Shown piece by piece: positions 35,285-45,131 of a stretch of DNA of 62,625 nucleotides. Numbering within the stretch: position 1 is the first letter of the stretch; each line of letters begins with the position of its first letter. A model generated the notes under the pieces. The model saw only the letters and a program-made list of their open reading frames with translations, made no database searches and was not told the DNA's origin. The position numbers and the translations under genes are program-made. The stretch comes from Candidatus Dormiibacterota bacterium (GTDB lineage: Bacteria; Chloroflexota; Dormibacteria; DASZGP01). The stretch spans positions 1 through 62,625 of the forward strand of contig JBARRR010000103.1 in assembly GCA_049644325.1 (NCBI GenBank), given 5' to 3'.

Positions 35285-36946
35285 TTGCGCGCCGCCATTC
35301 GAACCAAGGCAAGACCGCGAATGGCGGCCAGTGCCTGCGCCACGCTGTTCCTGACAGCCGGTTTCGTCATCGGCGGCTACGCCACAGCCCACGCCGACTC
35401 CTGCTTCCTGATCCTGACCTGTCCCTCCAGTCCGTCGCCAGTGCCAGTGGCCCCGCCCTCACCATCGCCCTCGCCGTCGCCGCCCAAACCACCGCCACCA
35501 GCGCCGCCGAAACCGCCGCCCAAGACCGACGCCGGCGCCGGCGCCGCACCGGCCCCGCCGGCCCCTTCGGCGTCAGCCGCGGCGGCGCAGGTCGCGGCTC
35601 GCTTCCGCAACGCCGCCTTCCTTGACGACCTGCTCGCAGTGCTGCAGCACCCGACGTCAGACCAGCAGCCTGACCTCAAGCACTTCCGGGTCGCAGCCGG
35701 GCTCACCGCTGACGAGACCGAGGCCGCGGCGGCGCAGGATGCAGCTCGCACACCAGCGCTGGAGGTCGCGACCTTCATCCTCATCTGGGCGGTGGCGATG
35801 GCGGTCGGCCTTGGGCTGGGACTGCGCCGTCGCATCCGTTTCGCTCGGCTTCGGGCCATGGCGATGCTCTCGCTGATCCCGCTGGTGGCTGTCACCGCTG
35901 CGGGGCTCAGGGCCGCCGGCACGCCGCGCCTGGCGCCGTCGACTGTGGCGGTCTCGACGCGCGCCTTCGGTCCCGGGCTGCAGAGCTCAACCACCATCGA
36001 CGACCTGGACCCGCTGCACAGATTCTTCGAGCCCAGCGCACCGGCCTGGAACCGGCTGGTCTCGATCGAGAGCCAGGTCACCCTCCACCAGGACCAGCTC
36101 AAGGCCCAGGAGCTGCAGATCCAGCGCATCGCCGGCGCGGTCGCGGGCTCCGCTTCGGCACAGCCTTCGGCCACCGCCTCGCCAACCGCGGTGCAGTCGG
36201 ATGTCGAGGCGGTCCTGGCCGGCCTGCTGGCCCAGCACGATGCCACCGCCCAGGCATTCAAGGCGTCGTTGCAGCAGGAGTACGAGGTCTACCGCGAGGC
36301 CGCCCAGCAGCCAGCGCTACGGGACCAGATCCTCGGTGCCGTCGCCAAACTGCCTCAGCCGGATGCCAAGGACGCCGTCAGCTACAACCTCCAGGTGCTG
36401 CAGACCCAGCTGACCCAGGAGAGCGCCATCAATGCCGCCGCGGCTAAGCTCAGCGCCATCGGCTCGCTGTCCGCTTCGCAGCTGGCGGCGATGCGACGTC
36501 ACCAGCCGTTCATCATCCCGCTGGAGGGACCAATGACCCAGGGCTTCGGTCCCACCGACTTCTCGTTGGAGCCGCCGCTGACATACAACGGCGTCTTCTA
36601 TCCCCATTTCCATACCGGCTTCGACATCGCTGCCCCACTTGACACCCCGGTCCACGCCGCCGCCGACGGCGTCGTGGCCCTGGCCACCGCCACCCAGGAC
36701 AGCCAGGGTCACCTCCTTGGCTATGGGAATTACGTCGTCATCGCCCACCCCGACGGCTTCTTCACCCTCTACGGACACCTCGACACGGTCGCGGTCAAGG
36801 AGGGCCAGGTGGTGCACCAGGGGGAGATCATCGGCCAGGAGGGGTCGACCGGCCTCAGCACCGGCCCACATGTCCACTTCGAGATCCGCCACAACGGCAC
36901 CTTCCTGGACCCAGCGCCCTACCTACAAGGCCAGATCCCGGGCTGA
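35285..36946 (+). CDS. Secreted M23 (LytM-type) metallopeptidase with a Pro-rich linker and a coiled-coil region
   Basis: Signal peptide, then a PSPSPSPPKPPPP linker. M23 motifs HTGFDIAA, GYGNYVVIAHPDG and GSTGLSTGPHVHFEI. Confidence 0.85.
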   Translation: MRAAIRTKARPRMAASACATLFLTAGFVIGGYATAHADSCFLILTCPSSPSPVPVAPPSPSPSPSPPKPPPPAPPKPPPKTDAGAGAAPAPPAPSASAAAAQVAARFRNAAFLDDLLAVLQHPTSDQQPDLKHFRVAAGLTADETEAAAAQDAARTPALEVATFILIWAVAMAVGLGLGLRRRIRFARLRAMAMLSLIPLVAVTAAGLRAAGTPRLAPSTVAVSTRAFGPGLQSSTTIDDLDPLHRFFEPSAPAWNRLVSIESQVTLHQDQLKAQELQIQRIAGAVAGSASAQPSATASPTAVQSDVEAVLAGLLAQHDATAQAFKASLQQEYEVYREAAQQPALRDQILGAVAKLPQPDAKDAVSYNLQVLQTQLTQESAINAAAAKLSAIGSLSASQLAAMRRHQPFIIPLEGPMTQGFGPTDFSLEPPLTYNGVFYPHFHTGFDIAAPLDTPVHAAADGVVALATATQDSQGHLLGYGNYVVIAHPDGFFTLYGHLDTVAVKEGQVVHQGEIIGQEGSTGLSTGPHVHFEIRHNGTFLDPAPYLQGQIPG

Positions 36947-36964
36947 CCCGGCCCTCCGGCTTAC

Positions 36965-37603
36965 CTAGCTGACGAGGCCCGCCGTGCAGCCGTTTACCGC
37001 CGCCTCGGCCTCGGCCCGCCGGCCATCTCGCAGCAGCTCCAACGCTCCCGATTCCTCGATCCGGGCGTAGACCTGGTTCTGCCTATCCAGGGGCACGCCG
37101 TCGGCGCGCATGCGGTCACGGAGGGCGCCGACTATGTCGACCAGCTCGCCGTACTCCTCACCGATCTCGCCCTCCAGCCGGCGGCGGATCAGCGACGCCA
37201 GGAACGGGCTTCGGCCGCTGGTTGACACGGCCACCTGCAGCCTTCCCCGGCGCACCAGCGCGGGGGCGATAAAGTCGCAGAGCCTGGGGCGGTCAAGGAC
37301 ATTGACCAGCACGTGCCGGGCGCGCGCGGCGGCGGCAACCCGCTCTCCGGAGGCGTCATCGCCGCTGGCGTCGATCACCAGGAACGCCTGGTTTAGGTCG
37401 CCTTCCTCGAAGCCCCGTCGTTCCACCTCCAGACCTCCCTCGGCCACCAACTCCTCGAGCGCCGTGTTAAGGGTGCCGGCGATGACCGTCACCGCGGCGC
37501 CGTCGGTGAGCAGGCCCTGCACCTTGGCCGCGGCCTCATCCCCGCCGCCGACGACCAGGCACCTCTTGCCGCTGACGTCGAGGTAGGCGGCGTAGTAGCC
37601 CAT
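36965..37603 (-). CDS. Precorrin-2 dehydrogenase / sirohydrochlorin ferrochelatase (CysG N-terminal/SirC/Met8-like)
   Basis: MGYYAAYLDVSGKRCLVVGGGDEAAAKV Rossmann motif, and LQVAVSTSGRSPFLA. I trimmed the start to the ATG at 37603; upstream, the track ORF is Arg/Ser/Pro-rich junk that overlaps the next gene. Confidence 0.8.
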   Translation of the reverse strand: MGYYAAYLDVSGKRCLVVGGGDEAAAKVQGLLTDGAAVTVIAGTLNTALEELVAEGGLEVERRGFEEGDLNQAFLVIDASGDDASGERVAAAARARHVLVNVLDRPRLCDFIAPALVRRGRLQVAVSTSGRSPFLASLIRRRLEGEIGEEYGELVDIVGALRDRMRADGVPLDRQNQVYARIEESGALELLRDGRRAEAEAAVNGCTAGLVS

Positions 37604-37619
37604 TGGACGGCGGTGGGGG

Positions 37620-39437
37620 CTAGCCCACCGCCTCCGCGTCGCCGGTGCGCTGGCGTTCCGCCTCGAGCAGGATCTCGGCGATCTCCGGGCGGGTGAACTC
37701 GATGGGCAGGTCCTCGCCCGCGCGCAGCATCTCCCGCACCTTGGTGCCGCTGAGGATGACGCGGTCGTCGCCGCCGTGCGGGCACGTCCGGCTGGTGGCC
37801 ATCTGGCCGCAGGCCCTGCAGTAGAAGGAGTGCTCGAACTTGAGTAACGCAATGCCGATCTCCGCGGGCGCGAACTGGTCGAAGATCTCCTGCGCGTCGT
37901 AGCTGCCGTAGAACGAGCCCACCCCGGCGTGGTCACGGCCGACGATGAAGTGGCTGCAGCCGTAGTTCTTGCGGACCAGGGCGTGGAAGATGGCCTCGCG
38001 CGGCCCGGCGTAGCGCATCGACGCGGGGAAGACGGATAGGACGACGCGGTCCGGCGGGTAGTGGTGCTGCATCAGCGCCTGGTAGCAGCGCATTCGGACC
38101 GCGGCCGGGATGTCGTCGTCCTTGGTCTCGCCCACCAGTGGATGGAGGAGGAGGCCGTCGACCTGCTCCAGCGCCACCTTCTGCAAGTACTCGTGAGCGC
38201 GGTGCACGGGATTGCGCGTCTGGAAGCCGACCACCGTTCGCCAGCCCTTGTCGGCGAAGACGGCGCGGGTCTGCATCGGCGTGAGGCGGACCTCGGCGAA
38301 GGGCGCCTTGGGCAGGGCGAAGACCTCGACCGGGCCCGCTACCGCGAGGCCCGGCTGGGCCAGCACCCGGGCGACGCCGGGGTGGGACTCGTCCGACGTT
38401 CCGTAGACGTCGGCCGCGACGCGGTTGCGGTCATAGCCGTACGTCTCGCTCACCGTCAACACCGCCAGTGACTTGCCCCCCGTCCGCAACGCCACCCGCT
38501 GCCCCGCGCCCAGCTCGCGGGCCTGGGCCTCGTCCACCGGCAGGATGACGGGCAGGCTCCAGACCATCCCGTCCGAGAGCCGCATCCGCTCCGCCACCGA
38601 AAGCATGTCGGCCTCGCGCATGAAGCCGGTCAGGGGGCTGAGGCCGCCGCCGGCGAGCAGCTCGAGGTCGCTCACGGCCCAGGCGTCGAGCTCGATCGAC
38701 GGCAGCGCCTGCGCCTCCTGGCTGAGCTCGCGGCCGCGCTCCTTGGACGCCATCCGGACCTGGAGGACGCCGCCGTGGGGCATGACGCCGGTGCCAGCCA
38801 CGTCAGCCTGGTTGTGCTCCTCGCCGAAGCGATGGCCGTGGGACAGGTGCTCCACGTGCACGTGGGCGGGGACGTCGTCACGGTCGAGATAGCCGCGGGC
38901 CTGCAGCGCCGCCAGCACGTCGGCCACCGACTCACCCACCGTTTGGGTCTCGCTGCTGACGACCACCTCGGGATGCAGTGGCGCCTCGTATGGATCGCTG
39001 ACGCCGGTGAAGTTCTTTATCTCTCCCGACAGCGCCTTGGCGTAGAGGCCCTTGACGTCGCGGCGGCTGAGCTCCTCGATGGAGCAGTCGACGTGGACCT
39101 CGACGAAGTCGCCGATGCGGGCCCGGACCTCGTCGCGGATATCGCGGTAGGGCGATATGGCAGCCACCAGGACAAAGGCGCCGTGCCGGGTCAGCAGCTG
39201 CGCAACGAACCCGATGCGGCGGATGTTCTCGTCGCGGTCCTCCTTGCTGAAGCCCAGGCCCTTGCTCAGGTTCTCGCGGATGACGTCGCCGTCGAGGATC
39301 TCGACGCGCTTGCCACGCAGCTCCAGCTCGCTGGCCAGGGCGGTGGAGATGGTCGACTTGCCGGCGCCGCTGAGGCCGGTCAGCCAGATGGTGACCCCGC
39401 GCTGCGTCTCATGCGACGTCTCCTTGATGACGCTCAC
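37620..39437 (-). CDS. Bifunctional adenylylsulfate kinase (N-terminal) / sulfate adenylyltransferase (C-terminal)
   Basis: APS kinase P-loop [16 protein letters not shown] sulfurylase motifs [15 protein letters not shown] and [12 protein letters not shown]. Confidence 0.9.
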   Translation of the reverse strand: MSVIKETSHETQRGVTIWLTGLSGAGKSTISTALASELELRGKRVEILDGDVIRENLSKGLGFSKEDRDENIRRIGFVAQLLTRHGAFVLVAAISPYRDIRDEVRARIGDFVEVHVDCSIEELSRRDVKGLYAKALSGEIKNFTGVSDPYEAPLHPEVVVSSETQTVGESVADVLAALQARGYLDRDDVPAHVHVEHLSHGHRFGEEHNQADVAGTGVMPHGGVLQVRMASKERGRELSQEAQALPSIELDAWAVSDLELLAGGGLSPLTGFMREADMLSVAERMRLSDGMVWSLPVILPVDEAQARELGAGQRVALRTGGKSLAVLTVSETYGYDRNRVAADVYGTSDESHPGVARVLAQPGLAVAGPVEVFALPKAPFAEVRLTPMQTRAVFADKGWRTVVGFQTRNPVHRAHEYLQKVALEQVDGLLLHPLVGETKDDDIPAAVRMRCYQALMQHHYPPDRVVLSVFPASMRYAGPREAIFHALVRKNYGCSHFIVGRDHAGVGSFYGSYDAQEIFDQFAPAEIGIALLKFEHSFYCRACGQMATSRTCPHGGDDRVILSGTKVREMLRAGEDLPIEFTRPEIAEILLEAERQRTGDAEAVG

Positions 39438-41275
39438 TTCTGTCCCGCCGCTCGCGCCGCCCGCTGGGCCCGGGCGTAGGCGGTGTCGTCATGCTCGCCG
39501 GCGTCGCGGACGGCATGGGCCGAGCCGCCCTCAGATGTTCCCGCCTCGACCAGGGCGCCGGGCGGCATCGCCTCCCTGGCGAAGGCCTGCAGAGACTCGT
39601 CATCGAGCTGGTTGAGGTAATGGCTGAAGTCCTGCTCCGGCAGGCGGCGCTGGAGGTAAAGCCGCAGCAACGACTCGATGTAGTCGGGCATCTTCTCGGC
39701 GCGGACGCGGGCTCCCTTGGCGATGCGGGCGAAGTGCCGCTCCTCGCCGAGGTGGCCGCCGAGGTAGACCTGGAAGACCTCGGTCGGTACCCCCGCGATG
39801 GTCACGATCGAGCCCATGAACCCCATGTCCGCGATCTGGAAGCGGGCGCAGGCATTGGGGCAGCCATTGATGTTGATGCGGCAGTAGTCGTCGAAGTCGG
39901 GAAGCCGCTTCTCCAGCTCGTCGACGATGGTCGCGGCCCGGCCCTTGGTCTCGGTCACCGCCAGCTTGCAGAACTCGATGCCGGTGCAGGCCATGGTGCT
40001 CCGCCGGAAGCTCGAGCTGCGCACCTGGAGTCCCAGCGCGGCCAGTTCGCCGACGGCGGCCTCGACCTTGGCCTCAGGGATGTCGAGGATGACCATCTTC
40101 TGCTGGGTTGTGGTGCGGACGCGGCCCTTGCCGTAGCGCCGCGAGATCGCGGCGATGCCACTCATCTGCTCGGCATCGGTACGGCCCGCCACCAGCGGGA
40201 AGCCGACGTACATGTTGCCGTCGGCCTGGCGGTGAATGCCGGCATGGTCGCGATGAGAGGCGTGCGTTTCCGGCGCAGGCGGCCCATCGACCAGTCGACG
40301 CTTGAGGTACTTCTTCTCCAGGACCTCACGGAACTTCTCCACGCCCCAGTCCGCGACCAGGAACTTGAGCCGGGCCCGGTTGCGGGTCCGCCGGTAGCCG
40401 TAGTCGCGGAAGCAGGTGGTGATGGCGACGCACAGCTCGACCAGCTCGTCAGGCGCGACGAAGGCGCCCAGCGACTGGGCCATGTGCGGCGTTGTCGAGA
40501 GCCCGCCACCGACCAGCACATCGAAGCCGACCCGGCCGTCGACCCGGTGGGCCACGGCGCCGATGTCGTTGACGTCCTCGTGGCCGCAGCGGTCGGCGCA
40601 GCCGGTGATCGAGATCTTGTACTTGCGCGGCAGGTTGGAGAACTCCTTGGTCCCCGTCAGCCGGTGGCCGACCGCGAGCACGTAGGGCGTGGCGTCGATG
40701 TACTCGGCGGCGTCGACCCCGGCGGTCGGGCAGCCGAGCACGTTGCGGGTGACGTCGCCGCACGTCTGCAGCGTCGACAGCCCGACCGCGGAGATGGTCG
40801 CCCAGGCCTCGGGGATGTCCTCGATGTGGAGGTTGTGGAACTGGAAGTTCTGCCGGTCGGTGACGTCGATCACGCCCTTGCCCCAGCGGCGGGCGAGCTC
40901 GGCGCAGGCATCCAGCTGCTCGGCGGTCAGCTGGCCACCCGGGATGCGGATGCGCATCATGAACATCTTGTCTTCCTCGGGCCGCTGGGTGTAGAGCCCG
41001 TACCAGCGGAAGCGGCCGCTGAGGTCGGCGGGATCGATGCTGTCCCACCCTTCCTTGGCGTACTGGTGGATGATCCGCTCGAAAACGTCGAGGCCGTCCT
41101 GGTTGCGCTTGTTGGCCTCCTGGGGGGTGAGCGGCTCCATGTAGCCGAGAGCCCACTGGCCCTGGGCCCGCTTGGGTCGCGGGATCTCCAGGGGCGAGTC
41201 CTGGAGGAGGGAATCCTCCTCGCTCTCGGCAAGCGTGCCGCCGGCCTCGGGGTGCTCGCCGTTGGTCTCGCTCAT
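39434..41275 (-). CDS. Ferredoxin-dependent sulfite reductase (NirA/SirA-type siroheme hemoprotein)
   Basis: Nitrite/sulfite reductase ferredoxin-like half-domains. Cluster cysteines [12 protein letters not shown] and NGCPNACAR. The start ATG at 41275 is ATGA-coupled to cysH. Confidence 0.9.
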   Translation of the reverse strand: MSETNGEHPEAGGTLAESEEDSLLQDSPLEIPRPKRAQGQWALGYMEPLTPQEANKRNQDGLDVFERIIHQYAKEGWDSIDPADLSGRFRWYGLYTQRPEEDKMFMMRIRIPGGQLTAEQLDACAELARRWGKGVIDVTDRQNFQFHNLHIEDIPEAWATISAVGLSTLQTCGDVTRNVLGCPTAGVDAAEYIDATPYVLAVGHRLTGTKEFSNLPRKYKISITGCADRCGHEDVNDIGAVAHRVDGRVGFDVLVGGGLSTTPHMAQSLGAFVAPDELVELCVAITTCFRDYGYRRTRNRARLKFLVADWGVEKFREVLEKKYLKRRLVDGPPAPETHASHRDHAGIHRQADGNMYVGFPLVAGRTDAEQMSGIAAISRRYGKGRVRTTTQQKMVILDIPEAKVEAAVGELAALGLQVRSSSFRRSTMACTGIEFCKLAVTETKGRAATIVDELEKRLPDFDDYCRININGCPNACARFQIADMGFMGSIVTIAGVPTEVFQVYLGGHLGEERHFARIAKGARVRAEKMPDYIESLLRLYLQRRLPEQDFSHYLNQLDDESLQAFAREAMPPGALVEAGTSEGGSAHAVRDAGEHDDTAYARAQRAARAAGQK

Positions 41276-42081
41276 GTGTCCGACGCCTCCGCGGCCGGCG
41301 CGCTGTCGGCCCGCGTCAACACCCTGCTGTTGCCGTCGGCGTCGACCACGGTCTCGTAGTGGATGCCGCACTCGGTATCGCCCTGTTCCCACCACCACCG
41401 GCCGGCGCGCAGTTCCTCGCCCGGCTCGATCGCCCGGGTGCAGGGGTCGCAGCCGATGCTGGTGTAGCCCTTCCGGTAGAGCGAGTTGCGGGGGACGTTG
41501 TACGTCTCGATGTGCTCCAGGACCTGCTCGTGGGTCCAGTTCGCCAGCGGGTTGATCTTGACGATGCCGCCATGCTGCTCGTCGAGCTCGACGACTTCCA
41601 CGTTGGCGCGGCTGGCGTTCTGGTCGCGCCGCAGCCCCGTGATCCAGGCGTCGAGGGTTTTCAGCCTGCGGTTGAGGGGCAGTACCTTGCGCACCTCGCA
41701 GCAGCTGAGGCGCAGCTCGGTGGACTTGTACATCAGGTTGATGCCGTGCTCGCTGACCAGCTCGGACACCTCCTGGGCGTCGGGGTAGAGGATCTCGATC
41801 TTGACCCCGAAGCGATCGTTGATCTCGTCCATCAGGTCGTAGGTGGCCGCCGGCAAGCGCCCAGTGTCGATGGTGAAGACGTTGACCGCCCAGTCGATGC
41901 GGACCGCCATGTCGAGCACCGCCATGCCCTCGTCCTGGAGGGAGGTGCAGATCGAAATGCGGTTACGCGGGAAAGTGGTCAGGCCCCAGACAAGCACCTC
42001 CTGGGGGGAGGCGTCCTTCAGTTGCTCGGCAGCCTCCGCGACGAGGGTGGCGTTGTCCGACAGCGGCTGGGGCATCGACAC
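41272..42081 (-). CDS. cysH: Adenylylsulfate/phosphoadenylylsulfate reductase, Fe-S-type CysH
   Basis: PAPS-reductase fold. The CC...CxxC cysteines (SCCEVRK, IGCDPCT) are typical of APS-preferring CysH. C-terminal ECGIH. Confidence 0.9.
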   Translation of the reverse strand: MSMPQPLSDNATLVAEAAEQLKDASPQEVLVWGLTTFPRNRISICTSLQDEGMAVLDMAVRIDWAVNVFTIDTGRLPAATYDLMDEINDRFGVKIEILYPDAQEVSELVSEHGINLMYKSTELRLSCCEVRKVLPLNRRLKTLDAWITGLRRDQNASRANVEVVELDEQHGGIVKINPLANWTHEQVLEHIETYNVPRNSLYRKGYTSIGCDPCTRAIEPGEELRAGRWWWEQGDTECGIHYETVVDADGNSRVLTRADSAPAAEASDT

Positions 42082-42159
42082 GCGGGGTTCACACTCCTAC
42101 CTCTGGGGGCTGACGACGACAATCCGACAATTCCGACCAGAAAGCTAGGATTATGCACG

Positions 42160-42945
42160 ATGCCTCCAGCCGCTGACAACAAAGCCCGGGTCCACCTCGT
42201 CGGCGCCGGCCCGGGCGACCCCGAATTGCTGACGGTGCGCGCCGCCAGGCTGCTCGATGCCGCCGACGTGGTGTTCCACGACCACCTCGTCCCGCAGGCC
42301 ATCCTGCGGCTGGCAGCGGACGCCGAGCTGGTCCCCGTGGGCCACCGGCGGGGCGGCCCGAAGCCGGATGTCAGCCAGGTGGCCGGGCTGATGGCCACCC
42401 GGGCGCTGGCCGGCGAGCTCGTGGTTCGCCTCAAAGGTGGCGATCCCTACCTCTTCGGGCGGGGCGCGGAGGAAGCGGCCGCGCTGCTGGAGCGCGGCAT
42501 CGCCTATGAGATGGTCCCCGGGGTCAGCTCGGCCTTGGCCGCGCCTGCCGCGGCCGGCATCCCCCTCACCCACCGCGAGCTGGCCAGCTCGGTGACCATC
42601 GTCACCGGCCACGAGCGGGAGGGCAAGGGGCGTGTGCGCTGGGACCAGCTGGCCAGCGGCGCCGACACCCTGGTCGTCCTGATGGGCGCCACCAAGCTCC
42701 GTCAGCTGACACGGAGCATCATCCTGGCGGGCCGGCCGGCGACCACGCCGGCGGCGGTGGTGATGGCGGCGACGCGGCCGGAGCAGCGCCAGGTGTTTGC
42801 CACTCTGGCCGGTATCGCCGACGCTGCCGAGCATGCGGGGATCACTTCGCCGGCGGTCCTGGTGGTGGGCGAGGTGGCGAGCCTCTCCAATGTGCTGGCC
42901 GCACCCGCGCTGTCGGAGCTGGCCCTGTCCGCCGCCGGCGGCTGA
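42160..42945 (+). CDS. cobA: Uroporphyrinogen-III C-methyltransferase (SUMT)
   Basis: VHLVGAGPGDPELLTVRAARLL, VVRLKGGDPYLFGRG and VPGVSSA. I trimmed the start to the ATG at 42160. Confidence 0.9.
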   Translation: MPPAADNKARVHLVGAGPGDPELLTVRAARLLDAADVVFHDHLVPQAILRLAADAELVPVGHRRGGPKPDVSQVAGLMATRALAGELVVRLKGGDPYLFGRGAEEAAALLERGIAYEMVPGVSSALAAPAAAGIPLTHRELASSVTIVTGHEREGKGRVRWDQLASGADTLVVLMGATKLRQLTRSIILAGRPATTPAAVVMAATRPEQRQVFATLAGIADAAEHAGITSPAVLVVGEVASLSNVLAAPALSELALSAAGG

Positions 42946-43045
42946 AAGGCCGCCCCGCCGCTGCTGGTGAAGAACGGCTAAGACGCTGGCAGCCCGAGAA
43001 TCGCGGGCTACTATAGGCCCCTGATGACTGCACTGGGCGGGGCCG

Positions 43046-45121
43046 TTGCCTGAGCTAGCCGGGATCGAGTTCGTCCAGACCATCGGCCGCGGCGCGATGG
43101 GCGCGGTCTACCTGGCCCGGCAGACGGCCCTCAACCGGTACGTGGCCGCCAAGCAGATCCTGGGCGCCTGGAACGGCGACCCTGAGATGCTGGCCCGCTT
43201 CCAGCGGGAGGCGCGCGCCCTGGCGCAGATGAACCACCCCAACGTCGTTGGCATCTACGACCTGACGACCGCGGGCAACGACCTCTTCATGATCATGGAG
43301 TACGTCCGCGGCCCCTCGCTACGTCAGCTGATGGACAAGCAGCAGCTGACGGTCTCGCAGGCGCTGCGCACCCTGGGCGACATCTCGGCCGCGCTCGAAT
43401 ACGCCAGCAAGCTCGGCGTCGTTCACCGCGACCTCAAGCCCGGCAACGTCTTCGTCACCGTCGCCGGCAGCTCCAAGCTGGGCGACTTCGGCCTGGTCAA
43501 GATGGTGTCGGCGCAGTCGAACTTCCAGACCCAGGCCGGGACCATCCTTGGCACCCCCGCCTACATGTCGCCGGAGCAGGCCGAGGGCAAGGCCGACATC
43601 GACCAGCGCACGGACGTCTACTCGCTGGCGGTGATGGCATATGAGCTCCTCACCGGCAGGCTGCCGTTCCCCTCCATCCCCGGCAACATCATGGCCAGCC
43701 TCGACGCCCACATCTCGCAGCCGCCGCCGAAGCCAACAGACATCGTCCCGGGCTTCCCCAAGCGCGTCGAGGCGGCGCTGCTCGAGGGCCTGGCCAAGGA
43801 CCCGAAGAAGAGACCCGCCTCCGCGGGCCAGCTGTGGCAGAAGATACAATCCGCCGCCGCCAAGGATTGGCCGGGCTGGGAAAAGGACTCCGACCTGGCC
43901 GCCATGGCCTTGGCCGCGGCTCCCCCCGCCCCCCCGCCACTGCCGGCGCCAGGAACGCCCTCGGTGGCGCCCGCCGCCGCCGCGGAGACCGCCATGAGCC
44001 AGCCGCCAGGGGCGTACGGCGCTCCGACTGATCCGCCGCCGATGGCGCCACCGCCGCCGTCGACTGGCACATCGCCACCCCTCTCGTCGATCCCGGCGTC
44101 GATGCCCGTGATGGCTCCCCCGGCAGCGCCCCCTATGGCACCTCCCCCGGCCAGCACGGGGACACCGCCAACCCCGGGACCTGCGCCCGACGAAACGATG
44201 GTCAGACCCGCCGCCGCCGCCGACGAGACCATGGTGCGACCATCGCTCGCGGACGAGACCGCCGTGCAACCACCGCTGCCAGACGAGACCATGGTTCGGC
44301 CTCCGCTGGTGGACGAGACCGTGGTCCAACCACCGCTGCCAGACGAGACCATGGTTCGGCCTCCGCTGGCCGACGAAACCATGGTCCATCCGGTGCCCCC
44401 GGCCGGCGGCGCAAGCCTGGACGAAACCGTCGCCCTGCCCAATGCCCCCGCGGCACCCGGCGGTCCGGGGGCAACCCCGCCGCCCCCGGCACCGGGCGCT
44501 ACACCGTCAGCGCCGACCTTCGCCCCCCTGCCGCCGACGTCGACCCCTGCATCGATGGCGCCTCCGCTGGCGACAACCGCACCACCTGTCGCTCCCATGT
44601 CGGCGCCGCCGGCCGGCCCGGCCAGCGGCTCATGGGCTGCGCCCCAGGTGGAGACGCCGGTCTACAAGCCGCCGCCGACCAAGAGCCGCCGCCGCGGGGG
44701 TTTCGGCCGTTTCCTACTCATCCTGGTGCTGCTCCTGATCATCGTGGTTGCCGGCGCCGGGGCATTCCTGTTCCTCACCGGCGGCAACCTCTTCGGCCCT
44801 GGCACGCCGCTGTCCGTTTCGTCGGTGAACACCACCGTCAACCCAAGCTCGGGCAAGTGCCCCAGCTCCAAATACGTCTTCAGCGGCAAGGTCCACACCA
44901 ACGGCGCCGGCGGCGACATCACCTACCAGTGGGTCAAGCCGGACGGCACCGCCACAGATCCAGCGGTTGCGACCATCAAGAAGGGCGACACCGACGCGGT
45001 CGCCACCCTGGAGTTCACCTTCCAGGGCAACGGCAGCGCCGAGGGTGACGCTGTACTCCGCGTGCTCAAACCGACAAACTTGAGCTCGCAAGCCGCGCAC
45101 ATCACATACACCTGCCCCTGA
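43046..45121 (+). CDS. Hanks-type Ser/Thr protein kinase: cytoplasmic kinase, Pro-rich repeat linker, one TM, ~115-aa extracellular domain
   Basis: G-loop GRGAMGAVY, VAAK Lys, HRDLKPGN, DFG and GTPAYMSPE. TM segment FLLILVLLLIIVVAGAGAFLFL. The C-terminal domain has a Cys pair and is not PASTA-like. TTG start. Confidence 0.9.
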   Translation: MPELAGIEFVQTIGRGAMGAVYLARQTALNRYVAAKQILGAWNGDPEMLARFQREARALAQMNHPNVVGIYDLTTAGNDLFMIMEYVRGPSLRQLMDKQQLTVSQALRTLGDISAALEYASKLGVVHRDLKPGNVFVTVAGSSKLGDFGLVKMVSAQSNFQTQAGTILGTPAYMSPEQAEGKADIDQRTDVYSLAVMAYELLTGRLPFPSIPGNIMASLDAHISQPPPKPTDIVPGFPKRVEAALLEGLAKDPKKRPASAGQLWQKIQSAAAKDWPGWEKDSDLAAMALAAAPPAPPPLPAPGTPSVAPAAAAETAMSQPPGAYGAPTDPPPMAPPPPSTGTSPPLSSIPASMPVMAPPAAPPMAPPPASTGTPPTPGPAPDETMVRPAAAADETMVRPSLADETAVQPPLPDETMVRPPLVDETVVQPPLPDETMVRPPLADETMVHPVPPAGGASLDETVALPNAPAAPGGPGATPPPPAPGATPSAPTFAPLPPTSTPASMAPPLATTAPPVAPMSAPPAGPASGSWAAPQVETPVYKPPPTKSRRRGGFGRFLLILVLLLIIVVAGAGAFLFLTGGNLFGPGTPLSVSSVNTTVNPSSGKCPSSKYVFSGKVHTNGAGGDITYQWVKPDGTATDPAVATIKKGDTDAVATLEFTFQGNGSAEGDAVLRVLKPTNLSSQAAHITYTCP
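44189..44395 (+). repeat. Seven tandem ~10-aa coding repeats of the form x-DET(M/A/V)V(R/Q/H)P-PL inside the kinase linker
   Basis: DETMVRPAAAA DETMVRPSLA DETAVQPPLP DETMVRPPLV DETVVQPPLP DETMVRPPLA DETMVHP. At DNA level, AGACGAGACCATGGTTCGGCCTCCGCTGG occurs identically at 44281 and 44341, giving a 60-nt period. Confidence 0.85.
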
Positions 45122-45131
45122 GGAGGAGAAA

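Noticed and set aside
36965-37936. Long N-terminal extensions in the track for the SirC-like gene (to 37936), sulfite reductase (to 41398), gad (to 56654), AKR (to 25129) and thiD (from 34116)
   Set aside because: The extensions are Arg/Pro/Ser-rich, overlap the neighbouring gene, and precede internal ATGs that give canonical family N-termini, often with ATGA coupling. I trimmed the starts accordingly.
39491-41359. 622-aa plus-strand ORF
   Set aside because: It is antisense to the sulfite reductase gene, has low-complexity Gly/Ala/Asp/Leu/Val composition, and shows no motifs.
43319-44598. Minus-strand ORFs with striking repeats (HGLVWQRWLDHGLVHQRRPNHGLVWQRW; TMVSSGSGGWTTVSS)
   Set aside because: They are mirror images of the DETMVRP coding repeats in the kinase gene. 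The repeat is real but belongs to the plus-strand kinase.
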